Below, piece after piece: positions 13,758-26,729 of a stretch of 64,000 nucleotides of DNA. The notes below the pieces were generated by a model. It saw only the letters and a list, made by a program, of their open reading frames with translations, did not search any database and had not been told where the DNA came from. Numbering within the stretch: position 1 is the stretch's first letter; each line of letters begins with the position of its first letter. Source of the stretch: Flaccisagitta enflata (Eukaryota); assembly GCA_965153355.1 (NCBI GenBank), contig OZ231126.1, positions 18,848,001 through 18,912,000 on the forward strand, given 5' to 3'. Both the position numbers and the translations under genes were made by a program.

Positions 13758-14359
13758 CAGTGGGGTTCGTGGAATAACAGCCTAAACTGGAGGTAGGTAT
13801 TTAAGTGTCTTAATTTCATTTGACAAACTTGATAATTAAAATATAAGTTGTTCACTCAATGCTTTTGTCCCTGAGTTTTTCGGTTGCTATGGAAACCAAA
13901 ATTATTTTTTCAAACATTTATAACCACTAAAATATCAATATTTTGAGAAATATTATCAGGGAACATTGCTCAAAATTAAATTTGCTACAATTTTCCTACA
14001 GTATGTTCTGTAAGAATATTGCTTGTTTGGCTGTTGCTAGGGGGCATTACACCTAGCAACCGCTAAGTAATGCACCCTAGCAACGGCTAAACGAGCAATA
14101 ATCTTACAGGACATACTGTGGGAAAGCTGTAGCAAATTTAATTTTGAGCAATGTTCCCTGATAATATTTCTTAAAATATCAATATTCTAGTTGTTATGAA
14201 TGTTTAAAAAAAAAATTTTGGTTTCCATAGCAACCAAAAAACTCAGGGACAAAAGCATCGAGTGAACAACTTATATTTCAAATATCCAGTTTGTCAAATA
14301 AAATTAAGACACTTAAATACCTTCCTCCAGTTTAGGCTGTTATTCCACGAACCCCACTG
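13758..14359. mobile_element. Foldback (palindromic) Tc1/mariner-type MITE, family B
   Basis: TA|cagtggggttcgtggaataacagcc ... ggctgttattccacgaaccccactg|TA. The two ~290-bp arms are inverted copies. The inner core is shared with the 17229 family. Confidence 0.9.
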
Positions 14360-14711
14360 TAGAAAAAAATTTTTTTCTAATTTGAAAGAAATGAATTGTG
14401 GAAGATGGCAGCTTGCATGCGTGAGATCCTCTGTGGACGGGGAGGGAACTAAGTCACACTCAAAATGTTTAAAAAGAGTTTGTCTCTAGTTGACGCAAAA
14501 TGTACGCTATTTTTAGTCGCTGAATAGCGACTGCAAACTCGTCCGCGTCGATATTGTAACCCCGCGTTACTTGTTCTTCTCTGTCTCTTACCCCGCTCAA
14601 GTTCTCATTCTTCTATTTTCTTTTTGATTTCTTCTCTAGATACCTATCTTAAATGTGCGCGATTCTTAGAAAAAAGCAAATAGTCCCAGGGGCCATTATT
14701 CTCTCTCTCTA

Positions 14712-14820
<109 letters not shown>

Positions 14821-15101
14821 ATATGTATACTCTTTGCAGTCTCTAGCCTGTGGCGGTGAGTCAGTCTCTTCTACTTTTCCCCAACTCAGTCACCTGACAC
14901 TCGGGAAGAACTCTTAAGAGCTCTCGTCTTCTCTCTTTGTTGCCCAGTTTGAGTTTCTTTCTCTCAGGGAAAGTAAATGTTTTCTTTGCCATTTTTCCTC
15001 TCCCCCTCCTTGTCTGCGTCCCTCTCATTCTCTTTCTGTCTGTCTCTGTCTGTCTGTTTGTCTCTGTCTGTCTGTCTGTCTGTCTTTCTGTCTCTCTCTC
15101 T

Positions 15102-15275
<174 letters not shown>

Positions 15276-15464
15276 CTCCCGTTTGTCTCCAAATTTTGAG
15301 TACGACTTCCTTTTGTTCAACTTTGAAATGTCTTCCAAGGCTTCAAATGACTAAAAGACTTTTCACGCTTAGTCTAATCTAAATCATCTACAGTCAAACC
15401 TCGCGCATGATCGTTGAAGCTGACACTTAAGATAGTCAGTCTGAAACAGTTTGACAATCTAATA

Positions 15465-16528
<1,064 letters not shown>

Positions 16529-16802
16529 TATTTGACTTACCGGGCATTAGGGATGTGGAAGCGGTTGACCGCTTCGAATTTCCCACCAGGCACAATATAG
16601 AAGAAACCGAGATTGAGAAAAAAAACTGTCTGCAATAACCCTACATCAAGACGAGTTTTGATGAAAACCCGACAGCAAAGCCAATCGATAAAACAAACAA
16701 CCGCGCGAGTGGGTTATCTAAAGCATGTGGTCGTATTGTTGTTGGTTTTTGTCGGAAATTGACAAAATAAGTATTTGCGTTAAAAGCTTCGTTGTCGATA
16801 AT

Positions 16803-16816
16803 TTCTCCATAGCAAC
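16803..16816 (+). promoter_or_regulatory. RFX X-box-like motif upstream of lectin copy 1 (equivalents at 19650, 26643 degenerate, 43985, 48518, 54926)
   Basis: ttctccatagcaac, tttaccatggtaac, tcctccgtgccaac, tttaccatggcaac, cttgccatggcaac, atcgccatgacaac. Five of these lie ~75-100 bp before the ATG. Confidence 0.6.
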
Positions 16817-16899
16817 TGCACTGAATTTAAAAACCATCATACACTGTCTCTTTCGAGGCAAAGTATTCAAATCATATTCCCTTCTAGATTAAAGCCATC

Positions 16900-19012
16900 A
16901 TGGTTTTTTTGGTCTACAATTTATCGATCATCTTGGGGATGATCTGCTCCCCAACGGATGCCGTTGCCTCTTCATACTGGGGTAATGATAACAATATCAT
17001 GTCATGATATGTTACCGGGTGAAAGTAACTGATTTGATATGCCAAAGTTCGAACCGTGCCAACTGCATGAATCTTAACGCGAACACGCAATTTTTATGTT
17101 TACCTCCCCGTGAAGCAAACGGTATCTAATAAATTATTTGTTGCTCGTCATACTCCCAATTTTCCGAACACCATCGTTTTTATTTGTGCAAAAGGGAAAA
17201 TATAAACCATGGTTATCTCCGCTTTGTACAGTAGATCTCGTCTAGACTTGAGATAACGGGGGCAAGCATTGTAGAAAAACAAATGAAGCCAAGGGAGTGA
17301 TATTTGAACCATAGACTTATAAAGGGATGCTTTATTGCCCATGATAGCTGGTTGCCATGGAAACACATTTCCATGTATTCACGCAAAAGTATCAATATTT
17401 TGAGAAATTTTTTGAGGGAACATTTTTTAAAATTAAATTTGCTACAACTTTCCCACAGTATGTTCTGTAAGAATGTCGCTCGTTTAGCGGTTGCTAAGGG
17501 TTGTCACACATAGATACGCTCCCTAGCAACGGCCAAACGAGCAACATTCTTACAGAACATACTGTGGGAAAGTTGTAGCAAATTTGATTTTAAGCAATGT
17601 TCCCTAAAAAAATCTCTCAAAATATTCATATTTGAGCGAGAATACATGGAAATGTGTTTCCATGGCAACCAGCTATCATGGGGAATTAAGCATCCTTTGA
17701 TTAATCTATGATCCAAATATTACTCCCCTGGCTTTATTTGTCTTTCCACAGTGCTTGCCCCCGTTATCTCAAGTCTAGACGGGATCTACTGTATCTAGAT
17801 AACTACAAGCAAGCAAAGGATGGAAATTTCTGCCACTTTCATGGAACTGAATTGAATTGGGAAGAAGCGAGAAACAACTGCAAACTGGAGTTGAAAGGAG
17901 CAAAACTCGCCCTTATTGACAATGAAGCCTCCCCCCAAGTTCCACTGTGATCTTAAGAACAAAGAGATCGTACCACTCCTAAACGACAACGAGATGTAAA
18001 TTGAAGGAGGTACATGTCTGTTCATAGAATATTCCTGCTAAAGACAACATGGGATACGTTGTTCCTGAAGCATAGATTTTTTTTTGTTTTTTTTTTTTGT
18101 TTTGCTTGACGTTTCTTGGCGAAAATTAAAAAGAGGGACCTCAGATGAGTGGTCATACACACATTACCAGTTTTCCTATCTCAATATAAGTCTCTGGCTA
18201 GGCGCATCCGACGTAGACAGTGAAGGGGAATGGTACTGGATCGATGAAACAATCGGAACACAAAACTTCTTCTATTAAATGGGACGAAATGCAACCATGT
18301 TATAGAAACACCGAAAGTTGTCTGTTGCTGATTGGCCCAAATGCTCGTTTACGCGACGCACCGTGTGGATGGATAAAAAGTTTCTTGTGTCAACGTTGGT
18401 AGATAAGTGAGCAAGTGAGCATTGCTCATCTTAGCATTCTTTTGTATTTCGCCAACGTTAACAACGAATCAACGATTGTTATCCCCCGTTTTGTATTTTT
18501 CTTAGCCAGTCCAAAGTGCAAAAGTTTTGTTTTGAATTTTAGCCTTAAGATGACAAATTGGAGAAATTTGCTCTCCGCTTTTCGATTAAGCTCTCCAAAG
18601 TTACGTCTTTCAGTCCGTCGTATGTGTTGTCCACGTCCGTAGGCTTTTTTATGACTGCTCCAAACCACTACAGAACCGTGCGGGGGCAACGGCAAAATGG
18701 GCGTATTTGAGAAACATGAAGTGGACCAGCAGCAATTGGAAACAAATGAATTCCTGAGGTACAAAAAAATCATCATTCCAGGCTCTAGAAAATGCTGAGG
18801 CTTTATGAAACTATGATGTCAAAGATGAATCAATTGCAAAACGAATATCCATGACCAATTCTGTTTTCAGAGCGGCCTTCAGCTTTTTGCATTCTGATGG
18901 GCGCATAACTGATGAGAATTGCGACAAAATGGATGTGAAATCTGCCACTTCAGAAGATGGCGTCATCTTCACATTGATTTCTGGGAGTGGAGGAAATCAA
19001 CCGCACACATGA
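16900..19012 (+). pseudogene. Secreted C-type lectin family, copy 1 (frameshifted pseudogene)
   Basis: Exons 16900-16981 (signal peptide MVFLVYNLSIILGMICSPTDAVASSYW), 17799-17995, 18191-18406, 18674-18758, 18871-19012. There is a frameshift/stop near 17940-17950, a frameshift near 18250-18275 and a TAG at 18400-18402. A MITE sits in the intron-1 acceptor region. Confidence 0.85.
17229..17791. mobile_element. Foldback Tc1/mariner-type MITE, family A
   Basis: TA|cagtagatctcgtctagacttgagataacgggg ... ccgttatctcaagtctagacgggatctactg|TA. The whole element is an imperfect palindrome centred at ~17510. Confidence 0.92.
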
Positions 19013-19747
19013 TTGGCTTGTGCAGCATTTTTATCATAGAGGAAAATCGATAGGGGACAAAACCAAGCCAGCAAATGCAATGTCGCTATCACTGATAGTG
19101 TCAGTCCATTACCGTAAATGTTATTTTAAGTCGCAGACACGCAACTCTCGAACTTGCTGTGTCGGTCCGTCGGTTTGTCCGTTTGTCAGTCCATCCGTCC
19201 ATCTGTCAGTTACTTTTTCGAAATGTGAGCGTCTTCTGCTATACTACCTCTGCACACCCATCCACGACTGGACTGGATGCCCATGTGGCGTGCATACGGC
19301 CTTGTTCTTGTTTCACAATCATCAAGATATGATTGGCTAATGAAATACATTTACCGCTTTTTATATCGTCTCTCCGATTTATTTTATAATCAAATTACAA
19401 GAAATGATAACGTTCTTAATAGAGCCTTTATCAAGCATTGCATTCTGCCCCTCGACCTTGCTAGTCAGTTCCTAATACCAGGTATCATCTCCATAAACCA
19501 CCTGCGACCAGGAGAACCGGCCTTCCGGCAAGAAAAAAAGTCTCATATCAGTTTATCATGTTTGTTTTGTAGATGGTAGGCAAAATTGCTGTTGGTTGGC
19601 GCAAATGGCTACACAAACATGAAGCTCTGTGGTCGATTGTTCGACTTATTTTACCATGGTAACTGTACCGCCAGAAAATGTATGAACATTCTAGTTTTTG
19701 AGGCAGAACAAACCAAAACATTTTGTTTTCTCTTGAATGAAGGCATC

Positions 19748-21122
19748 ATGATTCTGGTGCTCTGCAAATCAGGGATCATTTTGATGGTTTTCTGCATCTT
19801 CACCAATGCCGGTGCCTCTTCTCACTGGGGTAATTTCAAAAATATCATAATGTGTCGTAGACTGATATATGGGTTCAGGATACGAGAATATTCAGACCGT
19901 TCAAAATCTTAAAACTGCAAGGGATATTATCTCTATCATTAACATGATGGTTAGTAGATTACAAACAGGAATAACCGGGGGTAAAATACTTTATCGAATG
20001 CGATTGGGCAGACGCAGAGGCAGAAATAGGCGTTTTAAGTTCTCAACTCGAACGATGAACTGATCGATGGACATACGGGGGGAGAATCGGAGGGACAGAC
20101 AGACAAATGGACAGTTCTGGAGTTGGACGAACAGACAGATGGATGGACAAAGCCTCCCCTAGAGTCACTTAGCTCGCAACTTTAGATGAAATAACTTGAT
20201 TGTTTCTTCTGAAAGAAACTATGTCGCTTTTGCTTCAGCATCTGGTCAAAATACTCATAGTTTTTTTTGTTGTTTTCTTTTTTAAAAGATAAGTACAAAC
20301 AAGCAAAGGATGGGAACTTTTACAGTTTCCATACAACTGAGAAGAATTGGACTGATGCAAGATCCATTTGTAAGCAAGAGAGGAAAGGAGCAAGATTAGC
20401 CATCATCGATAACGAAATCTCGTTTCAAGCTATGAATGATCTTGAATTCATTAATCTCGACATAGGACATTGGTAAGTAGAAGTAGAAAGTGATCCGCAC
20501 ACAAAATAGATTTCATTTTGGACATCGGTCTCAATGCCAAATTCAGATCGATACCATCAGATAGATATGAATTTTATAATACTACTCAACTAAAAAAAAG
20601 CCGCACTCTATTATGGGTTGATGAAAAGGACAAAACAAATTATCTGAACTTTTTTCTTTTACAGTGAGTAAACAGATTTAAAAAATTTCTTTCATTCTAG
20701 ACCAATCCCACGTCTGTATCTCAAATTGTTTAGGAGCTAGAGCTTGTCAAATTGATCTCCTGATTTGTAACAAGGCCGGATACACGGCCACCAGTTGCGG
20801 ACGGGTGGGCAGGGGCGGAAATGCGCGTTTTCCCACTTTTCGACTCGATCACCCCAACGGACCGACCAACCGACCGACCGACCAACCGACCGACCGACGG
20901 ACAAAGCCTCTTATAGAGTTGCAACTAAAAATGCATATTTTTAATGGGGTTTCAAAACTGATAATGGCTATTTTTTTTTACTCTTTCTTATGACATTTCT
21001 AAATGAATAAAGCTAGAATTACTAAAAACTGCTAATTCTCTTTATGTTTGTTTGTCACTGTCTGTCTGTTTATTTTTTCTTTTGAATTTCTTTTTTTTTT
21101 TTTCAATTTCTCTCTTTCTCTC

Positions 21123-21220
<98 letters not shown>

Positions 21221-22973
21221 GTAGTGCAATGAGAGTGTAACAAAATTGTATTTACAGGGAATACCGCACCAACCGGGACAAAAGAAAACGACATATTTTC
21301 TCTTCTGAAAATGACAAATTTGATTTGAAAACAGATTCTGGTAGATATCTTAAACCGATTTTATATCATTAAGAAAAATCATAACTGAATAGTACACTGA
21401 AAGCACACGAAAAAATGAAAAAAAAAGCCAAAATTTGACAAACTTCTTGTAATTTTTTCCAAAAATGCGCTGAGTACTTCAATCGTTCACTTCTTTTGTT
21501 AACTATTGCAACAAAGATTGGATTAAAAAACTTGGATTTGTCTTAAATTGAATGGGGAATCAATATAGTTTTATGAAAAAGCTTTAAAAACTGATATCTG
21601 GGTTTCTTTCGTTGAAATTTTTCACTCAATTGAAGAAAAAAAAATCAAAAATCCAACTTTTTCATCAGGAAACTCGGTTAAATTTTCGAAAATTATTAAA
21701 AATAGGCAGTTTAAATGGTAGAGTATGAAACGACATCAAATTATCTATCATTCAAGACCAATCCCAGCATAGTGGCTCGATTTGTCTAGATTTGGCAAGA
21801 GTATGAAGAAATGTTGTTAAAACATCACAATCGCAAATTTTTGCAATTTCAGATTTCATGATTTACATAAGAAGTGATACTAAGGCCAAAGTATTGGTCT
21901 CACCATGACAAAGTTTATAGATAACAAAATCGGTTCTAAAGCTCTCTCTGGAACTGTTGTCAGAATTGATCCACCATTTTTAGATGCAGAGATATGTTGT
22001 TTTCTTTCGTCCCGGTAGGCGGGGTATTCCCTGTATAATTCGTCAACCCGTCTCAATTTAAGCCTTTTGGGAGCATCCGACGAAGACAGTGAAGGGACAT
22101 GGTACTGGATCGATGAAAAGGACGCAAAACATAATGCATCTTATATGCAATGGAACGAAATCGGAGAAAAAAAACAACCAGATGGCGGAGATACACAAAA
22201 CTGTCTGTTGCTCAGAAGGAGTTACTCGACAAAACTTTGGTTTCATGATGGACATTGCAAGAATTCATGGAAAGTCTTGTGTCAACGGCTGCAGAAAAGT
22301 GAGTCCTGACTGGAAAACGATAGAACCCCCTTTCAGCGTGGGTCCCATATACTTTATTGGGGTTTGAGCTCCGAGGCTAGAATTTGACTTTGTAGGAGGG
22401 GTTGCGGAAGTCGGAGAAGAAAAGATTTTCCATAGAGTATTTTCAGCCCCATACCATTTTTGACAGCGGCTGCGGCCCCAAAGGACATGATGTCCTGTGG
22501 AATACCCTCTGTAGAATACAGGGCGACTTCCATTCGTTCGTTTGTCTGTTTGTTTATTGGCCAGTCCCTCCTCTTTAATCAGCCCTCACAGGCTCCAAAT
22601 TAGCCCTCTTAAGTCTGAAATCAGCCCTTCAATCATCTTCAGAACCGTGCGGGGGCAATGGCAAAATCAAAATGGGCTTATTTGAGAAACTTGGAATTGA
22701 CCAGCAGCAATTGGAAACAATTAAACTCCTAAGGTACAACGAATCGTCATTACGGGCTCTGGGAAATACTGAGGCAGTATAAAACTACAATGCCAGGGAT
22801 GAATCAAGTGAATTTCCATTCCTAATTTCAGAGCGGCCTTCAGATTTTTCCATTCCCATGGGAGCATGGCCAATGAGAATTGCGACAAAATGGAAATGAA
22901 ATCTGCTACTTCAGAGGATAGTGTCATCTACACGTTGATTTCTGAGAGTAGAGGAAACCAACCGCTCAAATGA
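19748..22973 (+). CDS. Secreted C-type lectin (QPD motif) with novel C-terminal domain, copy 2, ~244 aa
   Basis: GT-AG exons 19748-19829, 20289-20472, 22063-22298, 22643-22733 and 22832-22973 join in frame (735 nt). Signal peptide, NWTDARSIC...GARLAII, LLGASD..EGTWYW, QPD, NCL, FHDGHC, VLCQ, then PCGGNGK...ENCDK. Confidence 0.88.
20581..21030. mobile_element. Truncated copy of the 61181 MITE family, with a nested reversed HINE-like element (~20769-20928)
   Basis: TA|ctactcaactaaaaaaaagccgcac matches the 61181 terminus, and internal sequence resembles 61570-61720. Confidence 0.55.
21255..22033. mobile_element. Non-autonomous TIR element with TA target duplication, in intron 2 of copy 2
   Basis: ~55-bp imperfect TIRs: cagggaataccgcaccaaccgggacaaaagaaaacgacatat / atatgttgttttctttcgtcccggtaggcggggtattccctg, with TA on both sides. 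Confidence 0.85.
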
Positions 22974-23152
22974 TTTACCTGTTTTTGAAAATCAGTTTTT
23001 TTATGAAGCAAAATTTGATCGGGGATGGATGTCGCTGGCACCCTGAATCTTGTTTCTCACATCTCACTACGAAAAAATATGTAGTCTAAGTGGTTTGTAA
23101 AACATATTGAATGTGTCTCAGGTTTATTTAACAATTACAAGTAATGATAATG

Positions 23153-24958
23153 TTTTTAGTCGCGTGCACGCGACTCTACAACTCGCTCCGTCGGTCCGTC
23201 CGTCGGTCGGTCCGTCCGTCGGTCCGTCCGTAACACTTTGCTTTTTTTCGTCTTTTTGGGTCGTCTGGAGTTATTTTGAGTCTTTTTTTTTGTTGTTTTT
23301 GGGAATTATTGGTTGCTTTTAGTCATTTTTGGTTATTTTTGGTTATTTTTGGTCAGTTTTGGTCATTTTGGTCATTTTGGTTATTTTGGTCATTTTGATC
23401 ATTTTGGTCATTTTTGGTCGTTTTTGGTCATTTATAATTATTTTTGGTCATTTTTGGTCATTCTTAGTCATTTTTGGTCATTTTTGGTCATTTTTGGTCA
23501 TTTTAGTCATTTTTGACCATTTTTGGTCATTTTTGGTCATTTTTGGTCATTTTTGGTCATTTTTTGGTCATTTTTGGTCATTTTTGGTCATTTTGGTCAT
23601 TTTGGTTACTTTGGTCATTTTGGTTATTTTGGTCATTTTGGTCATTTTGGTCATTTTGGTCATTTTGGTCATTTTTGGTCATTTTTGGTCATTTTTGGTC
23701 ATTTTTGGTCATTTTTGGTCATTTTTGGTCATTTTGATCATTTTGATCATTTTTGTTCATTTTTGTTCATTTTTGTTCATTTTTGGTCAATTTTGGTTAT
23801 TTTTGGTCATTTTGGTCATTTTGGTCATTTTTGATCATTTTTGGTCATTTTTGGTCATTTTTGGTCGTTTTCGGTCGTTTTTGGTCATTTTGGTCATTTT
23901 TGGTCATCTTTGGTCATCTTTGGTCATCTTTGGTCATAAAGTCTGCTGGTTAAAGTCTGCTGGGTAAAGTCTGATGGTTAAAGTCTGCTGGTTTAAATCT
24001 GCTGGTTTAAATCTGCTGGTTTAAGTCTGCTGGAAAATCTAATGGGTTAAGTCTGCTGGTTAAAGTCTGCTGGTTTAAATCTGCTGGTTTAAGTCTGCTG
24101 GTTTAAGTCTGCTGGTTTAAATCTAATGGTTTAAGTCTGCTGGTCTAATGGTTTAAGTCTGCTGGTTTAAGTCTGCTGGTTAAAATGATATTAAAGATAA
24201 GTCTGGTTTAAGTCTGGTTTAAGTCTGGTTGAAGTCTGGTTTAAGCATAGTTTAAGGCTGGTTAAGTCTGGATTAAGTCTGGTTTAAGACTGGTTCATGT
24301 CTGATTTATGTCTGGTTTAGGTCTGGGTTAGGTCTGGTTTAGGACTGGTGTATGTCTGTTTTTGTCTGGTTTATGTTTGATTTAGGTCTGATTTAGGTCT
24401 GGTTTTGGTCTGGTTTGAGTCTGGTTTGAGTCTGGTTTGAGTCTGGTTTGAGTCTGGTTTGAGTCTGGTTTGATTCTGGTTTCAGCCTGGTTTGAGCCTG
24501 GTTTGAGCCTAGTTTTAGCCTGGTTTGAGCCTGGTTTGAGCCTGGTTTGAGCCTGGTTTGAGCCTGGTTTAAGTCTGGTTTAAGTCTGGTTTGAGTCTGG
24601 TTTGAGTCTGGTTTGAGTCTGGTTTGAGTCTGGTTTGAGTCTGGTTTGAGTCTGGATTGAGTCTGGTTTGAGTCTGGTTTGAGTCTGGCTTAAATCTGGT
24701 TTATGTCTGGTTTATGTCTGGTTTATGTCTGGTTTATGTCTGATTTATGTCTGTTTTTGGTCTGGTTTAATTCCGGTTTGAGTCTCGTTTGAGTCTGGTT
24801 TGAGTCTGGTTTGAGTCTCGTTTGAGTCTGGTTTGAGTCTGGTTTGGGTCTGTTTTGGGTTGTGTTTAAGTTTGATTTTCGATAAAAAGATACATTAAGG
24901 AGTCAGGTCAGTTCAGTTATTTTTGTCCTGCACGCGACTTATAGGTGTTGGCCTTGTT
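23153..24958 (+). mobile_element. DINE-1/HINE-like element expanded by internal satellite arrays
   Basis: 5' agtcgcgtgcacgcgact palindrome, (CCGT/CGGT)n, then arrays (TTTTGGTCA)n ~23310-23935, (GTCTGCTGGTTTAA)n ~23940-24180 and (GTCTGGTTTGA)n ~24200-24850, then 3' cacgcgact and ggccttgtt. Confidence 0.75.
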
Positions 24959-25267
24959 TTCTTATTATCATCGTGCATCGCATTCTGCGTTTCCTCCCCC
25001 TTAGCCTTGCAAGTTAGCTATGTTATTTTGTTTGAAAAGGAAATATGTAGCACGTCCTATTAATATAATTGCAGGTCAGTTTGGGTATGTGCTGTTTTTC
25101 GCCAATTGTTTATCAAATTCTACTAACCACCATAACTGATAACATTGATTGAGGTAACAAAACACATACTATTAAACAGTTTTATAAACAACGCTTTGAC
25201 GGATGTAAGAGTAACGGAAATTGGCCATTGAATCATACCAATCTTAAGTGCTTTACATACATTTAGT

Positions 25268-25860
25268 TTTGGGTGGCGGCCTCAGAGAGGCCAAAGGCCA
25301 ATGACCTATGATTCCTCACATGGCGATTTTGGTGTCCCCCATCCCTTCCCTAAGCCTCAAACTAGGCCTTCCAGACCTTAAATCAAGTTACAAATCAGGC
25401 CGTTCAAACTTAAAATCAGGGCTTTCAGACCTAAAATCAGGCTTCTCAGACCCAAATTCAGGCCTCTCAATTTCAAAACTGGTTTCTTTGACCCAAAATC
25501 TGGCCTATCAGACCCTTAATTGGACACCTCAGAACCCAAAATCAGACCTTTCAGGCCACATTTCAGGATTCTCAGATCCTAAATCTCATCTTTCAGCCCC
25601 CAAATCAGGCCTCCCCAGCCCCAAATCAAGCGTCACACACCCCAAACCATACGTCTCAGACCCAAAATCAAGCATCTCAGCCCCCCCAAACCAACTTCTT
25701 AGATTCCATATTTTTCCAAATTCCCCCAGGCCCAAATCACTTCTCTCTGGCCTCAGATGCCTTAGTTCATCCAGAAAAGAATCAGAAGTCATTGGCCCCT
25801 CCTAGAACATTGCCCCACTTAGTATCGAGTACCGCTGACCATGTAACGCTTTTGCGACTA
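25268..25860 (+). repeat. Dispersed element with a degenerate 21-bp tandem array (related fragment at ~22460-22630)
   Basis: Units like ggcctctcagacccaaaatca repeated at ~25360-25760. The ORF 25308-25805 is a by-product of the repeat. Confidence 0.7.
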
Positions 25861-26729
25861 CATTGAGTGATCGAAATGCGCTATATGCGTGGATGAAATA
25901 TAATCCTTTGGGAACCATTTTTGCATCGACGCGTCTTGTCGCGTAAAGCCAAATGAAATGGCCTAATGGAAAAACTAGGATTGAGGAAACAATCGCGCGT
26001 GCGAATAAACTGAAGAAAGTGTCATGTAATGTTTGTAAGCAGATAGCATCCTAGCGATAAATGTGAGGACACCTGCAACTGAAAATATTGTTTAGTCTAC
26101 TTAAAAGGTCTCACTTCTAAAAATGAAATACTGAAAAAACTAAATTAGTCACATTTAGAAAACTGTTGATATTTTTTTTCATGGTACATAACAGGTTATC
26201 ACATTGCTTTATTCCTTATTTGAGAGAAGATGAAGAAGCAAATAATCTTTGAAAGTGGGAATTTTTTTTTTAGTGATTTTTATCAGAGTTTGAATAGAAA
26301 TCAGGAAAAAAATACTTTGATATATTAAATCTTACATTTTTGATATCATAAATAGCATCTATCGTGAATGACACCAGATAAAGGAGTGCTCACAAATCAA
26401 AAAGGGGCGCTTATTGGAGGGTTAGATGACAATATCTTTTTTCAATATCAAAAGCACCCGCGGCGCTAATAAAAAAACAGTATTTCCTTTTCTCCCTAGG
26501 ATATAACCTACATTTTTACTAGTGACCTGTTATCTGGAGCAACAATTTTCCAAAGATTTTTGTTTTCGGGTTGTCCTCATATTTATCGGCAAGGAAGTAG
26601 AGACGAAACCGATGTTCGTGTTTAAACTTTGTTATCGATTATTCCTCCGTGCCAACAACTGCAACAGAATTTACTCTCGCATATTAAGCAGAGTATCGTG
26701 AATTATTTTCCACAAAAAAAGAAGTTATC

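Noticed and set aside
19586-19747. Apparent conserved peptide DLFYHGN in ORFs 19586 and 43834
   Set aside because: Similarity is limited to the X-box DNA motif. The real starts are the downstream signal-peptide ATGs.
23313-23967. FGHFWSFLVI-repeat ORFs (also 41633-42487 and 25308-25805)
   Set aside because: They are satellite DNA inside dispersed elements and stay open because the repeat units lack stop codons.
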